Source: Bilabrum cf. latius
Lineage: Eukaryota
Reading direction: 5' to 3'
Length of the DNA: 64,000 bases
NCBI GenBank assembly: GCA_965178125.1
Contig: OZ237759.1
Coordinates: 186,001 to 250,000, forward strand
A program made the position numbers and the translations under genes. The notes under the pieces are model-generated. The model was given only the letters and a program-made list of their open reading frames with translations, had not been told where the DNA came from and ran no database searches. Shown here piece by piece: positions 25,300-37,664 of the stretch. Numbering within the stretch: the stretch's first letter is position 1; each line of letters begins with the position of its first letter.

Positions 25300-27360
25300 T
25301 TACTCATCCAAGTGGAGAGCAAGCTCGAACTGAGCCGGCAGCACGGCCCCTGCAGGCCCCGCCTCCCAGTCGGCCTGCTGCAGAGAGAGCGGCCACTGCG
25401 TGACGAGTCCAGAGGCGGCAGTGGCCTCGGCTCGCAGGATGGACACAGGGCCCTGCCTCGTCCACCGGATCGGCGAATCGGAGCTTCCGACGGCGTTCTA
25501 CCCCCCGTCGCCGCCGCCACTGACACTGGCCTTCCAGCGGGACCGCACGGGGAGGACGGCGTACCCGGGACCCACTGCAGTGGGCTGCACCTCCTCGCCA
25601 TCGAGTGTGAAGGACAGACCCGAACCGTCCACGGGCACGAACGGCCCGCCCACTCCACCCACTGGCACTCGTCCTTGCACCGCGCTCTTCGAGGTGAGCC
25701 CTACCCACGTCACGTTCACCTCCGCGTGCCCCTGCAGCACCGCGCCCGTGGGTGGGCTGGTGGGCAGCAGCACGGTAGATGCCCCCAGCGCCGCCGCGGG
25801 GCCCTCCTTCAGCACAGCGGTAGCCAGTCGAAGCAGGTTCAGCTGCCTGTAGCCGTATCCGCCGCACGTGGCGTTGGGCCGCTTGTACCCGCAGGCCGCT
25901 AGATCCGTCGGCTCCATGTCGTTGGTAAGCTCGGAGCTGTACGAGTCCACGAATCGATCGTGCTGTGGGCCATACCCGCCCCCGTTGGGCTGTCCCGCGA
26001 ATTCGTTCCATTGGTTCACCAGCACAAAGCTGAGATCAGCGCCCTCACTCCCGCTCTGACTCTTGCTCTGACTATTGCCCTGACTCCTCGCCCAGATGGA
26101 CAGCACGGTCCTCAACAAAGTGGCACCGCCCTCGTGTCCCGCGGCTCCAGCGCCAGTCCAACCGTACTGGGCGAAGTACGCAGAGGCAGCCGTGGCCGCC
26201 TCTGCGGAACCGTCCGGGCGCCGCGCGATGATCGGATCAGGCACGCCGTCCATCCACGACCAGTACTGCAGCTGCTCGGTGCGCGGGGGCATGAGCTGCA
26301 GCTGCGACGCCATGAACCTGAGGGCGAACCGAGGGTGCCTCCAGTCGCTGTGGTTGGCGCCCGAGCCGTCGAAGATCACGGCCAGGGGCAGCTGCGGCGC
26401 GCCGGGTGCATCGGACTGCGGCGCGGTTACGAAGCTGTCAGCTCCGACCGACTGGTTCGCGACCATGGCCTCGTACACGAAGTCCAGCTCCTCGTAGATG
26501 GCCTCCTGCGTGGTCTTGGGGCCGTTGTCCAGGCCGAGGAGAAGCGCGAACCGGGGGACCGATGCCGCTCCTATCGGATCGCCGGATGCCTCACGGCGCC
26601 TCCGCTCTTGCGAGTACACGCCCATCGTCAGCTGGGTGGCGTTCACGATCTCCTGCACGTTAGGATTTCGCTGCGCCCAGGCGGTCTTGCCCCACAGGTT
26701 GTTGCTCCAGTCCACGAAGAGGAAATCCACCCCCGCCGCCTCGATCCAGGCCATGTGCTGCAACATGGGCAGCTGCTCCGTGCTCGCATACCTGCCCACC
26801 GTCGGAATAGCTTCGGCGGTCATCACGCCGTTAGCCCAGTTGAAGTTGTGGGGTGTGAACCATGGTTCCCAGTCTAATCCAACTAAGGGCGCCCCGCTGG
26901 ACCCGCCGGCGCTCGCTCCCTTGTGGTTGTCGGTTCTCCTGGCAGCTGCTGCAGCGACCTACACGGAAGCAGCATTGCTTTCAGCCACAGATTGGAAGGC
27001 AGACGACGGTTTACCGACAGTTGGTCCGAGGCTTGCCATACTGCTGAAAGGGCATGCCAGCAGGGTGACGGCGTGCTCGCCCGGAGCGTGTGGCACTACG
27101 AGCTGAAATGAACCAGCCACGCTTTCGTTTCCGGCGGCAACATCTGATCCCCACTGCAGGCCATCCACGAATGGAAGCATGATTAAACTACCGGAGATGC
27201 TCACTGACGCGCTCCACTGACATGCAAGACCCCGAAACTGCGAGACTGTAGGAGGATCGCATTGGATCTGAAGCGAGAGGCCCGCAACATTCATGCAGTT
27301 CGCAGCTGGCTGCAGGACAGCGATTAAAGCCGCAGTAATAACAATTCGTGACACAGTCAT
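25300..27360 (-). CDS. Secreted glycoside hydrolase, GH99-like TIM barrel, ~686 aa
   Basis: Signal peptide MTVSRIVITAALIAVLQPAANC. Motifs VGLDWEPWF, PTVGRYAS..LQHMAWIEAAGVDFLFVDW and VLVNQWNEF. Joined across TAG 26959 and 25498. Ends TAA. Confidence 0.68.
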
Positions 27361-27479
27361 TGCGACAATTGCCTTCAGAGGGTGCCGAATGGCTCTCCAC
27401 TTGCCCGGCCGAGACTGCTCGGAGCCAAATACAAACCTCTGCAATTCGTCGCCAATCACTCGTTGGCGGCGCACAATAC

Positions 27480-29186
27480 ATGATACATGGCACGGATCAT
27501 GCAATTTTGATACTTCGAACGATCCGCCGCTCAATCGTCGGAGCTCTTGCCGACTTGAGCGGGACTGTGCATGTCGATTCGAAGCTTGTTGGGGGCTCTC
27601 AGAACGCGATCCGATGCATTGCACGGCATAAACTACCGGTGCACTTTTTAAGTAATACGTCAAAGGCGCCAGCCTCGGCTATAGTCAGCTAGCTGAGATC
27701 ATGCGGTCTCTCGGGCATGTCTACCACCAGCGTAACAACCTCACTGACTGCAACAAAACGCTTGATAGAAGCAGAGAAGCATAGGGCACTACTGCTTTTA
27801 AGCGATTCTGCATTCACAGAATTTGAGGATATCGAGGGGTGCGTATTGGCTCCAAAGTCTGGCCAGGAGGCTCCGTCAGACGGGGACCTTGCGAACCTAT
27901 CAGCAGTGGTTGTTGGCCTTGCGCCGGACCGGTTGCACTACACCGCACTAGATGCTGCCATGCGGGTACTGATTGGATGCGACAGCAACTCGTCTCCAAC
28001 GGCAACGCGCCCAGCCCGTAAGCTGTACGCCTGCCACACAGGCACCCACCAGCGCGGGGCAGACGGCTCCCTACACTTGGGCCCCGGCCCGTTCGTGCGC
28101 GCCCTGGCAGAAGCAGCGGAGGCTGCCGGCTGGGGCAGACGAGAAGGCGAGTGTATTGAGGACAATCTCCATGTAGTGGGCAAGCCGTCTCTGGCTTTCT
28201 TTCAGGCCGCTGTGGCCAGGCTAGGCGATCAGTAGTCGGTGGCCAGGTTAGGCGATCTGTAGTCGATGGCAGACGGAGACGGAGGTTGCACCGGCACCGG
28301 GGCACGCGATAGGGCTCCTTGGTCGGATCCCCGGGATGGCGCCAGGGACAAAAGTGATACATCCACGCATACAAGTGGAAGGCAAGAGGCGAAGGAGAAG
28401 GAGAAACGTCAGGGCGGGACGTAGGCCGAGGAGGAGGAGGGTGGAGTAGCTGCAAAGCGGAGCACTAGTCATGAATCAAACTCTTCTTCTGCAGGAGGCA
28501 AGGGGTATGCAGCGACTGTGGGTGCTTCGATGGTTCCGGGCCCTGCCTCTGTCCCCGTGGATGCAGCACCAGCTGTGGCGCCCCTGCCGCACGTGATGAT
28601 GATCGGCGACGATGTGCGGCAGGACGTGCTGGGGGCAGTGGAGCATTCGGGTGCGTTGCGGTGGCGAAGTGGCGGCGCTGATGAGTCCGGTAGCGGGAGC
28701 AGCTGTGGCTCTGCCCTCGGCATGGTGGGGGTGCTCGTGCGAACTGGCAAGTACCGAGGCAGGGCAGGCGGTGAGGATGTGCTGGTGGAGGAGGCCAAGA
28801 GGAGGGCGAGAGAAGGGAAGCACTGGTGGCCTGTGCTGTCCCTGCGGTGGAGGGGCTCGGGCGTGGGAGAGCCTGGTGTGGGAAAGCATGGTGTGGGGGG
28901 TCCTGGTGCGGGGGAGGACGAGCTAGCGGCAGGTGCAGGTGCATGCAATGGACTTGCAACCGAGGCGAAATCAAGCGCAGATGCTGCCAGTGGGAGTGGG
29001 AGTGGGAGTGGGAGTGGGAGTGGGAGTGGGAGTGGGAGTGGGAGTGGGAGTGATGCAGGTTCCGCTGGTGCTCGCCCGATCCAGATTTCAGCTGAGGTGC
29101 TTGTCGAGGGACCTGCAGATTGGAGGCATGGGGCGTTGGTGGTGGCTGATAGCTTTGAATAGGCGGCACTAGCTCTGGTGTAGTGA
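27480..29186 (+). CDS. HAD-superfamily IIA phosphatase (HDHD2/LHPP-like) with low-complexity insertions
   Basis: Motif I ADLSGTVHV, FLSNTSK, VVVGLAP, LGPGPFVRAL, VVGKP, MIGDDVRQDV and VLVRTGKYR lie in one frame across TAG 27690, 28233, 28260, 28422, 29160 and 29181. Ends TGA. Start codon uncertain. Confidence 0.85.
28212..28265 (+). repeat. 27-bp tandem duplication inside the HAD CDS
   Basis: gtggccaggctaggcgatcagtagtcg / gtggccaggttaggcgatctgtagtcg; each copy carries an in-frame TAG. Confidence 0.9.
28989..29051 (+). repeat. (AGTGGG)10 microsatellite encoding a Ser-Gly linker
   Basis: Perfect hexamer run within the HAD reading frame. Confidence 0.95.
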
Positions 29187-29350
29187 AATTTGCCGCATGG
29201 TTGGTCTCCAGTGACTATTTTGCTGACGGCGCGATGCGACCATGCTACCCCAGTCCAGCGGTTCGGCATCATTTGCCGCTTCCGGTTTGGTGTAGTCGGG
29301 CGGGAAGTGCACGAACTGAACGGTCTGTGGCGCCTGGACCCAGCTCTTCA

Positions 29351-32300
29351 ATGGCATCGCTATCCCCAGAGCACTATGTATTTCACTACATTATCGCTGG
29401 GATGGCTCTCCTTACTCTTGTGCTGTCGCTGGTAGACCGTTTTATGGACCCTACCGCAACCACCGACTCTCCTCGCATAAACCTTGGACCAGTTTGGTAC
29501 TGCATATCTGGAGTGCTATTTGCGTATTCATTGTTTTCATTGTGTGGTGCGTTTGGATGGAAGAGCGATTAGATAAGGCTCTTTCTGATAGCGTCATCGG
29601 TTGCGAACGCTGCTGTGAGCACGTGATATACTGCATACAAATTACTCCCCCAGAATTGCTTGTTAACAATGAGCGCCCCATTATGGTAATTTGATTGACT
29701 TTTATTTGCGCAGGCCTTTTCATCGCTCGTGCACCTTGCAGCTGGGGCATCTTCGAGCCGAATAATCTTTGGAGAGCCAAGCCTAGCGTAGCAATGGCTG
29801 TACAGCGCTGCATCCGTCATGAGCATCGGAAATGAGATAACTATCGCATTTAATTGCAGGAGGCGCAGATTACTCGGTATGTTGCTCGCTGGGCTGGGGT
29901 TGTGGGCGATACCGCTTATTTAGGCATATCCAGTCCATCCGTCCTTTGATGTGTTGATGATAGTAGCTCCATGCATAGCATTCCCCATGTCGACTGTATA
30001 TCTCCTTTTGGAAGCATTCAGGGATTATTTGTAGTGGGTGGATGAGGCCTTGGACCCGTACATGTCGTGGACATTTGAGACTGGCTGCTGTCGAAGCCGC
30101 ACCCCTACACGCGTGGCTCCGAATGTGGCGAACTTGAACTCACCACCAGGGGGCATCGCAGTCTAGCGGGATACAACCAGCAACGGTGATCACCCTCGTG
30201 ATGGTACCACCCGCCAGAAGGATGCTCCCGCCGCTACTCGGCGGCCCAAGGAGGCAACCGAGCTGGACGCGGATCCGCCAATGGCACCAGTCGGCCTGCC
30301 TCACTTCTTGCTTGCCCTTGGAATATTGTTTGGAACGATATACACGTATTCGTTCCATGCACCGAGGTCATTCGGTGTATCTTTTGCAGTGACCGAGTAC
30401 ATCTGCGTGGTATCGGCTGCCCTGTTCGTGATCTCAAGAGGCGCGCTGGCTCTGACAGTGCTGCGCAACGACGTGATGACCGTCTCTATGCAGGCAGCTG
30501 AGTCGCAGAAATGGAAGCGAGAAGCCGCCGATGCCCGCCTCAGCACCATCCAGCAGTTCACCAGGTACATCTTCCACGAGGCCCGGGTGCCTCTTCAGGC
30601 GGTGTCTCTGTCGGTGCAGGAGCTGCGGGAGAGCCTGAAGGAGATCCGCGAGCACGACAGAAAGATGCAGAGGGCGCTGCAGGCCACCTAGCAGCTAGTC
30701 CACCGCGAATTTGGGACGGACCCTGGAGCAAGCAGGGGCGCGGCTGGGCTCCTGGCGCGGCTGGCTGAGCTGGTCTAGCTGCGCGGAGAACTGGGTGGCA
30801 GCTTGCACGACGCCAAGGACGTGCTGATGTCCTAGCAGCAGGGGTGCAAGGGGCTGCAGTGCATCTTCGATGACGTGCTCGAGGCCCATCGCATTGAGCA
30901 GGGCAGGCTCAAGCTGAGACAGGAGACCGTGCAGATGGCGCACGTGCTCGCCGACGTCGAATCCACGTTCCGTCGCACAGCAGTGAGGAATGGGCTGTAG
31001 CTGGATACTAGCATCGCGGACGATGTCCCTATGGCGATTAGAGGAGACTCTGTCCGGATCGGCCAGGTCCTGTCCAACATGATCTCCAACGCGCTCAAGT
31101 TCACCCCGACCGGCGGACGTGTGCACGTGCACGTGGTGGCTTCAGGCCTCAGGGCTGCTGATTGGCGTGGACACCCAAGCGTGGAGTACGGCAAGGAAGG
31201 AGACGAGGCGGTGGAGTACGTCGGCTTAGCCATTCGCGTGCAAGATACCGGGTGTGGGATCTCCCAGGCTGATTTGGCCCAGCTATTCACGCCCTACAAG
31301 CAGGCCAGGCACGGCGAAAAGTACACGGGGTCCTCCTCCGGCCTGGGTCTGTACATATCTCGCGGGATCGCTCGTCAGATGGGGGGTGACCTGAGAGGCT
31401 ACAGCGAAGGCGAAGGGAGAGGCAGCACGTTCCTCTTCGAGTTCGAGTCATAGGTGCTGCCAAAAGCGTCCAGCGGGAGCGGGTCGGGATCTGGTGCACT
31501 AGACACAGGGATGAGGCAAATGACCTTGATATCAGCCGCAGGATCGGTGGCCCCAGCGACTGAAGAGGAGGATGCTGCGGACGAGCGGCAGCACTCCCAC
31601 CTTGAGCTGCAGCCCATCTCGGAATCAGTCGAGGTCCGATCCTCGGCGGGAATGGCGTCATCGCTCGAGTCTCACTAGGACCAACATCAGGACGATGAGC
31701 GCGTGCATCGGCAAGATGGCACGTCTCCCTCAATGCGTCCCTTGCCAACCTCGCACGATGAATAGGGAAGCACATAGCCGGGCAGCATGGAAGAACGCAG
31801 TCGCAGTCAGTACCAAACCCCGAAACCAGGCTAGACGAGGAGTCAGCTCCGCCGAGTGCGAGGCCGGGGCCGGGTCAGCTAGGAGCGGGAGGCTGCTCAT
31901 GCCGAACAACATGTCGCAGTGGCAGCAGAGTCGCGACTTACCACTGCGCGGGGCGGTGTGACTGCTGGTTCGCTGGATGTCGGCGATGGCTTGCGCGGCA
32001 GCACGGCAGCAGCAGCCAGCTCGAAATCCAGGATGCGTTCCGGCCAGCATACCATGTCACCACCTCTGCATGAAAGGACACTGCCATCGGTGCACAGTGA
32101 TCCACACTCCAACCAAGCAGCCGATGCCGCTGTGGATAAAGGTGAATCCACTCGCGTGGACGCTGTGCGAGCTCGAGGTGAACGGGATCGTACATTGGAC
32201 AAAGTACGGGCTGACCCCAACAGACCGACGGGCAGACACAGCGACGAGGCCCGGCCTGAAGCCAGGATGGCGGCTGGTACTACTGGGGCTGCATCGGCGG

Positions 32301-32737
32301 CTTGTGCTGGCTCTGGTGGCGATGCTCCTCGCCGCGACGCCGATGCACTCAAGCAGTGGTGCCTCGTCGTGGACGATGTGGGCGTCAACCGTAAACTGCT
32401 TGCCAGGGGAATGCGAAGGCTGGGCTATGCAGTGCACCAGGCAAAAGACGGGAGCGTGGCGGTGGAAGCATGCCGGGCACGCGCCGCCGATGCTGGGCCT
32501 GGCGTTCCTTGCCTCGGTCTCATCACGATGGACAAGTCGATGCCCGTGATGGACGGCGTGGAGGCGACACTTGCGATCCGAGAAGAGTTTGGAACTCGGT
32601 TTGTGATTGTGGGGCTTACCGGGGATGCTTTGGGTGAGGACCTCGTATCGTTCAAGGCAGCCGGGCTGGACGATGTGCTGAGCAAGCCGTCCAGCGCCAA
32701 GGACATGGATAGGGCAGCCCGTGCGTGCGTGCCGTGA
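29351..32737 (+). CDS. Hybrid histidine kinase (multi-TM rhodopsin-like sensor + HisKA + HATPase_c + receiver), ~1095 aa; intron 29615..29713
   Basis: H-box IFHEARVPL, N-box QVLSNMISNALKFT, G1 VQDTGCGI, G2 SSGLGLYIS and receiver VVDD..MDKSMPVMDG..LTG..SKP. One frame across 15 TAGs after removing a GTGAGC...GCGCAG 99-nt intron. About 8 hydrophobic N-terminal segments. Ends TGA. Confidence 0.88.
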
Positions 32738-32886
32738 TCCGATCTGGATGCAAGTGGAAGGAATACGTCTGGAGAATCCACCAAGTGAAGCTGCTCTGTA
32801 GAGTTGTTTAAAACGACAAGATCCAGATTCCGGATGCTACCGTGCACTGCAACGCGACGATCGTACACCTCAGTCCCGAGGCCAAA

Positions 32887-35800
32887 TCACTGCCTGCCAC
32901 CCTCTCGCGACGACTGCGCCATCGCAGCGTGTGCGGGTGGTCGCAGCAGCTCGAGCAGCTGCCCAGGCTCTGGTGTGCTCGTTACACCCATGGCCTCGCC
33001 CATCGGATCCAGCTCGCACACGTACGCTTGCGGGATATCACCCCCTGCTCCGCTACCGTCGGGCAGCGTCCTGAAGTCCAGCCCCTCCCATGCCAGCGCA
33101 GAATCCAATGTAACGGGGGCGAAATGCTCAACCTCACCCTCCCTTCCGCTGGCAGGCTAGTCACCTAGAGCCCCCGCTGCACCACCACCCGTAGATCCCG
33201 CGATGCTGGGCACGGGCACTGCATCCAGCGGTGTCACCGCACTCTCTCCGTCGACCAAGTGCGCCGCCACAACCCCAGGGCTATACCTGGAGAACAACGC
33301 GTACTGTAGAGCTGCCGCCTCAAATCCCCTTGGGTCGGACGCCGCGATGGCTACACGCCTAGGAGACAGCACACCGGGCCCCTCTAGCTCACCCACCTCG
33401 CCAGCACCCCACTCGCCAGCACCCCCTTCCTCGCTCGCCTCTTCACGATGCCTCGCCTCCATCTCCGCCTCCTCCTCCCCATGGTGCCTTGGCCAGCCCT
33501 CGGAGGCCGGCCACCGGGCCAGCGACTCGGCCACCGCGGCCAGGGAGGGTGCTTTCTGCGCCGCGGCCTCGCCAGTGCCGTCCATGTCGAGGATGCCCAC
33601 CAGGCACTCGGCCGCCTCTCGCGCCCGCCTCGCATGGGCGGGGTCACCTGAAAGCACCGCGAGGCGCTGCAGGTTGCGCACGCTCTCGGAGGCTGGAGAT
33701 GCGCGGCGGGACTCAAAGGAAGCTGCAGCACGCTCACGGGAGGCACCGGCCGCTCCGTACGCACCCGCCTGCGCCCGCGTCGCGCTGAAATACCCCACGC
33801 TGCGGCCGCCCCAGAAGAGCCTGTCCTGCGTGTACTGCAGCTAAGTCGCCCATTCGAGCCACTCCTCCTCCCCACAGGCGCAGTGCAGTTCCAACAGCGC
33901 AGCGATGGTGGCCGTGTAGTCCTCCAGCAGGCCCCCCGCCCCCACAACGCCCGGCCTGCTGGCGTTGTATCCCCGCTTGAGACCCGCCAGCACCGTCCTC
34001 TTGCCGCTCCCACTTCCACTCCCGGCCGAGGACGACACCACCGCAATCTCCGCCGAAAGCCTCTCCCGCGCGAAATGCCCGGCCTCCACCGCAGCGTCCA
34101 GCCACTTGCTCCTGCATGGCTCGGCGAACTCTGCCATCGCGTGCGCGGTCATCACCCGCTCCTCCGCCCCGTGCACCGCCTGCCACACCCTGGAGGGCAT
34201 GACAGCACCGTCCTGTCCTGCAGAACTCCTCTGCGCCTGCAGCTGCGTGATTGCGTCGTGCGTTTGCTTCCTCTGCTGGAGGCCCTCCATCGCGTGGCGG
34301 GGCTCTAGATACAGCCCACCCTCGGCCTGCGGACCCGCCCCGCCGCCCCCCTGCAGAGGCACCAGGGGAAGCACGCCCGCCGCCCTGGCCAGTGCCTCGG
34401 TCACCCGTGCGTGGGACTGGGTCAGCACCAGCGGGTACGGCACCAGCGCCTTCCTGGGGTCTAGCTCGGCGGCGCGGCGCAGGCAGAGGTTTACCTCGCC
34501 AAGCGCAGAGGTGACGGCAGCGGTGGTGACCCTGGGCATGGCACCGGAGTCTCGCAGGGCGCGCGCCAGTCCCTCTGGGGAGGAGGACTCGCGGAGCACG
34601 TTCATCCCTGTGCTGGGAGGGAGTGGGGGCCTTCGCTTGGGAGCGTCGGTCGACGTGTCGCCGGGGCCTGGTGTCCCATCGTGTTCTTCTTCCGCGGCTG
34701 CTACGCTCGGGTCAGGGGCAAAGTCGTCGTCTTCCCCACTCGCCACAGCAGCAGTATCATCGCTGTCTGCCAGCACCGCTTCTGTCGTTCTCCCGCCCGG
34801 CTGTGCCGCCTTCCCGCGAGCCCACTCGCCCAGCCAGCCGACAGCCGCCGCCTGCTTCTGGGTCTGTTCCTTGGACGACAGAACAGGATACCCCGCCGCG
34901 ATCCCGTCCGAGACGTTGCCCCCGGGGGCCAGCCCGTAGTGCGCGCACGCCAGGAGGAGGGCGTCCCTCCAGCGGAGCACGGGCTGCGAGGGCGCGCCGG
35001 AGTCCTCCTTGGCCACCTACCCACGGTTGGTCAGACGCACGGGGAGCCCGTGTTCGTCCAGCCCGCCGGGGTGCTCCAGCAGCGGCTCCAGCGCCCTCTG
35101 CACCTCGTCTGTGCTCCACAGGGCCGGGAGCAGCGGAGGGGCGGCCGGGGGCACTGCCTGCTCCTTCATGGCTTCCAGCAGCTTCTCCCGCGTGGGATCC
35201 TACCCTGCCCCTGCCCCTGCCACCCCCGTGCTGCCGCTCCCTTCCCTCTTCTGGGCCCCCTTCGCGCCCTCCGCCGAGGCCCTGGGTCCAAGCCCAGAGT
35301 AGAACCCCCCGCCCTCCGTCCGGAAGTCCCTTAGGCACCTGTCCAGGGCGCGCCCCGCTGCGTTAGCCAGCACCGGGTCCTTGGTGCACTGGTACCCCTC
35401 CAGCAGCATCATGGCGATGTCGCCCTGGTCCTCGGCCATGACCTCGCAGGACGATGGGAGGTGCCAGCGGCGGCTCCTCGAGTACCTGTAGAAACCCCCC
35501 CTCGCGTGGTCATGCCAGCCCCCCTGCAGCATGCGCCGCATGGAGAACCACGCCTCGGCAAGCCGCGCCTGCAGCACGTGCACCCCTCCGCCTCGGCGCA
35601 GCATGGGGGATGGGAGCGCGGCGCCGTCGGTTCCCTGCGGAGCTGTACCCGAGTCCGAGCCACCCTGTTCTCTATCCACTTCCCCTTCTCCCGGTTCCAG
35701 CAGCCCGCCCCACGCCGCCCTCCTCCTCCCGTCGCGACCAGGCAGTGCGTCCACAGCAGCGTGCGGGTCGCTCCTCAGCGCATCCGCTAGCAGGCCCCTC

Positions 35801-37458
35801 GTGTCCTGCAGCAAGCCCGGGTCGGTGCCCTGCAGCAACGCAGCAACCCGAGCGTCCGCACTCGTCACCTTCTGCTGCTCGCGCGCGGCCCGCACGGCGT
35901 CGTCATCACGCGCGGCCTGCTCCGCCTCGGCCGCCTCCAGTTCCTCCAGCTCCCTCTGCAGCGGGCCCAGGACCTCCTCCCTCCTCGCCTCCCTGCCGTC
36001 CTGGAGCGCCTGCACCCCGCCGCTCCCGCCGCCACTCTGACCACCCTCTCCGCCCTCGGTGGGAGCCGGGGCACCCGGGGGCCTGCTTAAAATATCCTGC
36101 GCCTCGGCGGGTTTCATGTGCTTGATGTCGCTGGCGGTGTATCCCCTGTCCAGCAGGTCAAGCTTCATGGAGGCAGTGATCATGAAAGCCACCTGAGCCA
36201 CCGTGCCGCTCGCCCCGGCTCGAGCAGCCTCCTGTTCCCTGGCCTCCTCCTCCAGCTCGTGTTCCCGGGCCTCGAACGCGGCCTCGGCTGCCTACAGCTG
36301 CCTCACCCGCTCCGCCGCCGCCCCCTCCCGCCTCCGCGCGCGGGCCTCGCGCCATGCCTCGATGGCCCGCGCGCGGCCCGCAGCACCAGCGATCGCATCG
36401 CAGCGGGCAGCCACAGCGGCAAGCAACGCCCTGATCCTGACTGGCCTGGGCATCTTGGGCATGGATCCCTCCCCGCCGAACAGCGGGTCCAGCTGGGTCG
36501 TGTGCTGGCCCATCAGGGCGGCGTGCGACCGTGCTGCCAGGTGGGCGAGTCGTGCTCGAGGTGCTAGCGATCTGCTCTGCGGGGCCTCCCGCGCACTGGT
36601 GTCAGTCTTTGCTGTGTTTTCTTGCTACGTGCCTTCCTGCACTGCCTCCAGCCAGCGCGCCCCTGCGGCCCTCAGGGCTCCCCTGGACGCATCCCCTGCC
36701 CAAGCCTCCGCCACCGCTCTGGCTTGTGACATGAGACCACGCACGGTAGGAGGGGGTATAGGGGCGTCTGGGTCGGATTGAGATGCCTCCCTGACCTCGG
36801 CCTCGTACTTGGCCTGCTGCTCGGGGGCTAGCGAGGCTCCGGCCGGCAGCACCGTGAGGGTCGCAGGCAGCGCGGCTGCTAGCGGGGCACGGGTCTCCGG
36901 ATCCAGAAATACGGCGTACGGCCATCCAGCACCGACTGAACCCGCTTGATGGCTAGCAAAGTCTACCAAAGCGCTGTCGGCATGAGGGTGCTCATCTCGG
37001 TCGAGCAACACGGGCACAAAATGCTCGGTTAGGTACTGTGCCCGCTTCGTGTGCCGGAAAACGCTCGCGCTCCATGCACGCATGCTCCCACGTCCCAAGA
37101 GACCTGAAGAAGAAATGCACATCACGGGAACGCCACGTTTGGCTGCCTCATCGAACGCACCAGGGCCCCACGTCCTCCATTGCACTCCATCTACCGCGTG
37201 CGAAGCCACAAACGGAGAGCCTGACGCCACTGCTCTCCCCGTCGACTGTGACGGAGATCTTTGTTTGGTGTCAAGCTTCGTTGCTTTTGTCGAGTGGCCC
37301 CTCATTGGCATTATTCGAGCCGCTCTGTCGTCTACGTCAATGGGAAATGGTGCACATCTTGCGTGGCGCTGCACGGCACACACTAGCCTCGCATACCGCA
37401 GAAAGGGTTTATCTAGGCGGCGGAATGCCCGTCTTGAAGCGTCCACAGTATCTTTCAT
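32887..37458 (-). CDS. SPATA20/YyaL-like protein (thioredoxin-like DUF255 + six-hairpin glycosidase-like), ~1520 aa
   Basis: SGSPFVASHAVDGVQWRTWGPGAFDEA, HFVPVLLDRDEHP, GWPYAVFL, GGWHDHARGGFYRYS..WHLP, GGFYS and LEDY..LLELH..WLEWA[T][TAG]LQYTQDRLFW. Six ORFs in one frame joined by TAG. Ends TGA. Start could be 37533. Confidence 0.85.
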
Positions 37459-37664
37459 GGGGCGCTATCTGGACGATCTGAAATCTGCGTTCGCACCAGC
37501 GTGGGCTGCAGCATTGGGCGCTGCGCAGATCATTCATCAGGTTCCGCACTGGACGGTGGATCCAAGTTGACGCATTACGGTTACGCTTTCGCGCGTGTTC
37601 GGCTGTAGAACCGTGGGAAAACGGGCGAAAAATCAAGAGAAATATTACTGCATTCTTCTGAATC

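Noticed and set aside
28989-29051. Interstitial telomeric repeat
   Set aside because: (AGTGGG)n lies in frame inside the HAD gene as a Ser-Gly linker; nothing else supports a telomeric origin.
29615-29713. In-frame TGA at 29624 as UGA readthrough
   Set aside because: It lies within a canonical 99-nt GT-AG intron.
30281-32737. Bacterial origin or contamination suggested by the two-component kinase
   Set aside because: The gene has a spliceosomal intron, uses the same TAG code and sits among eukaryote-specific genes.
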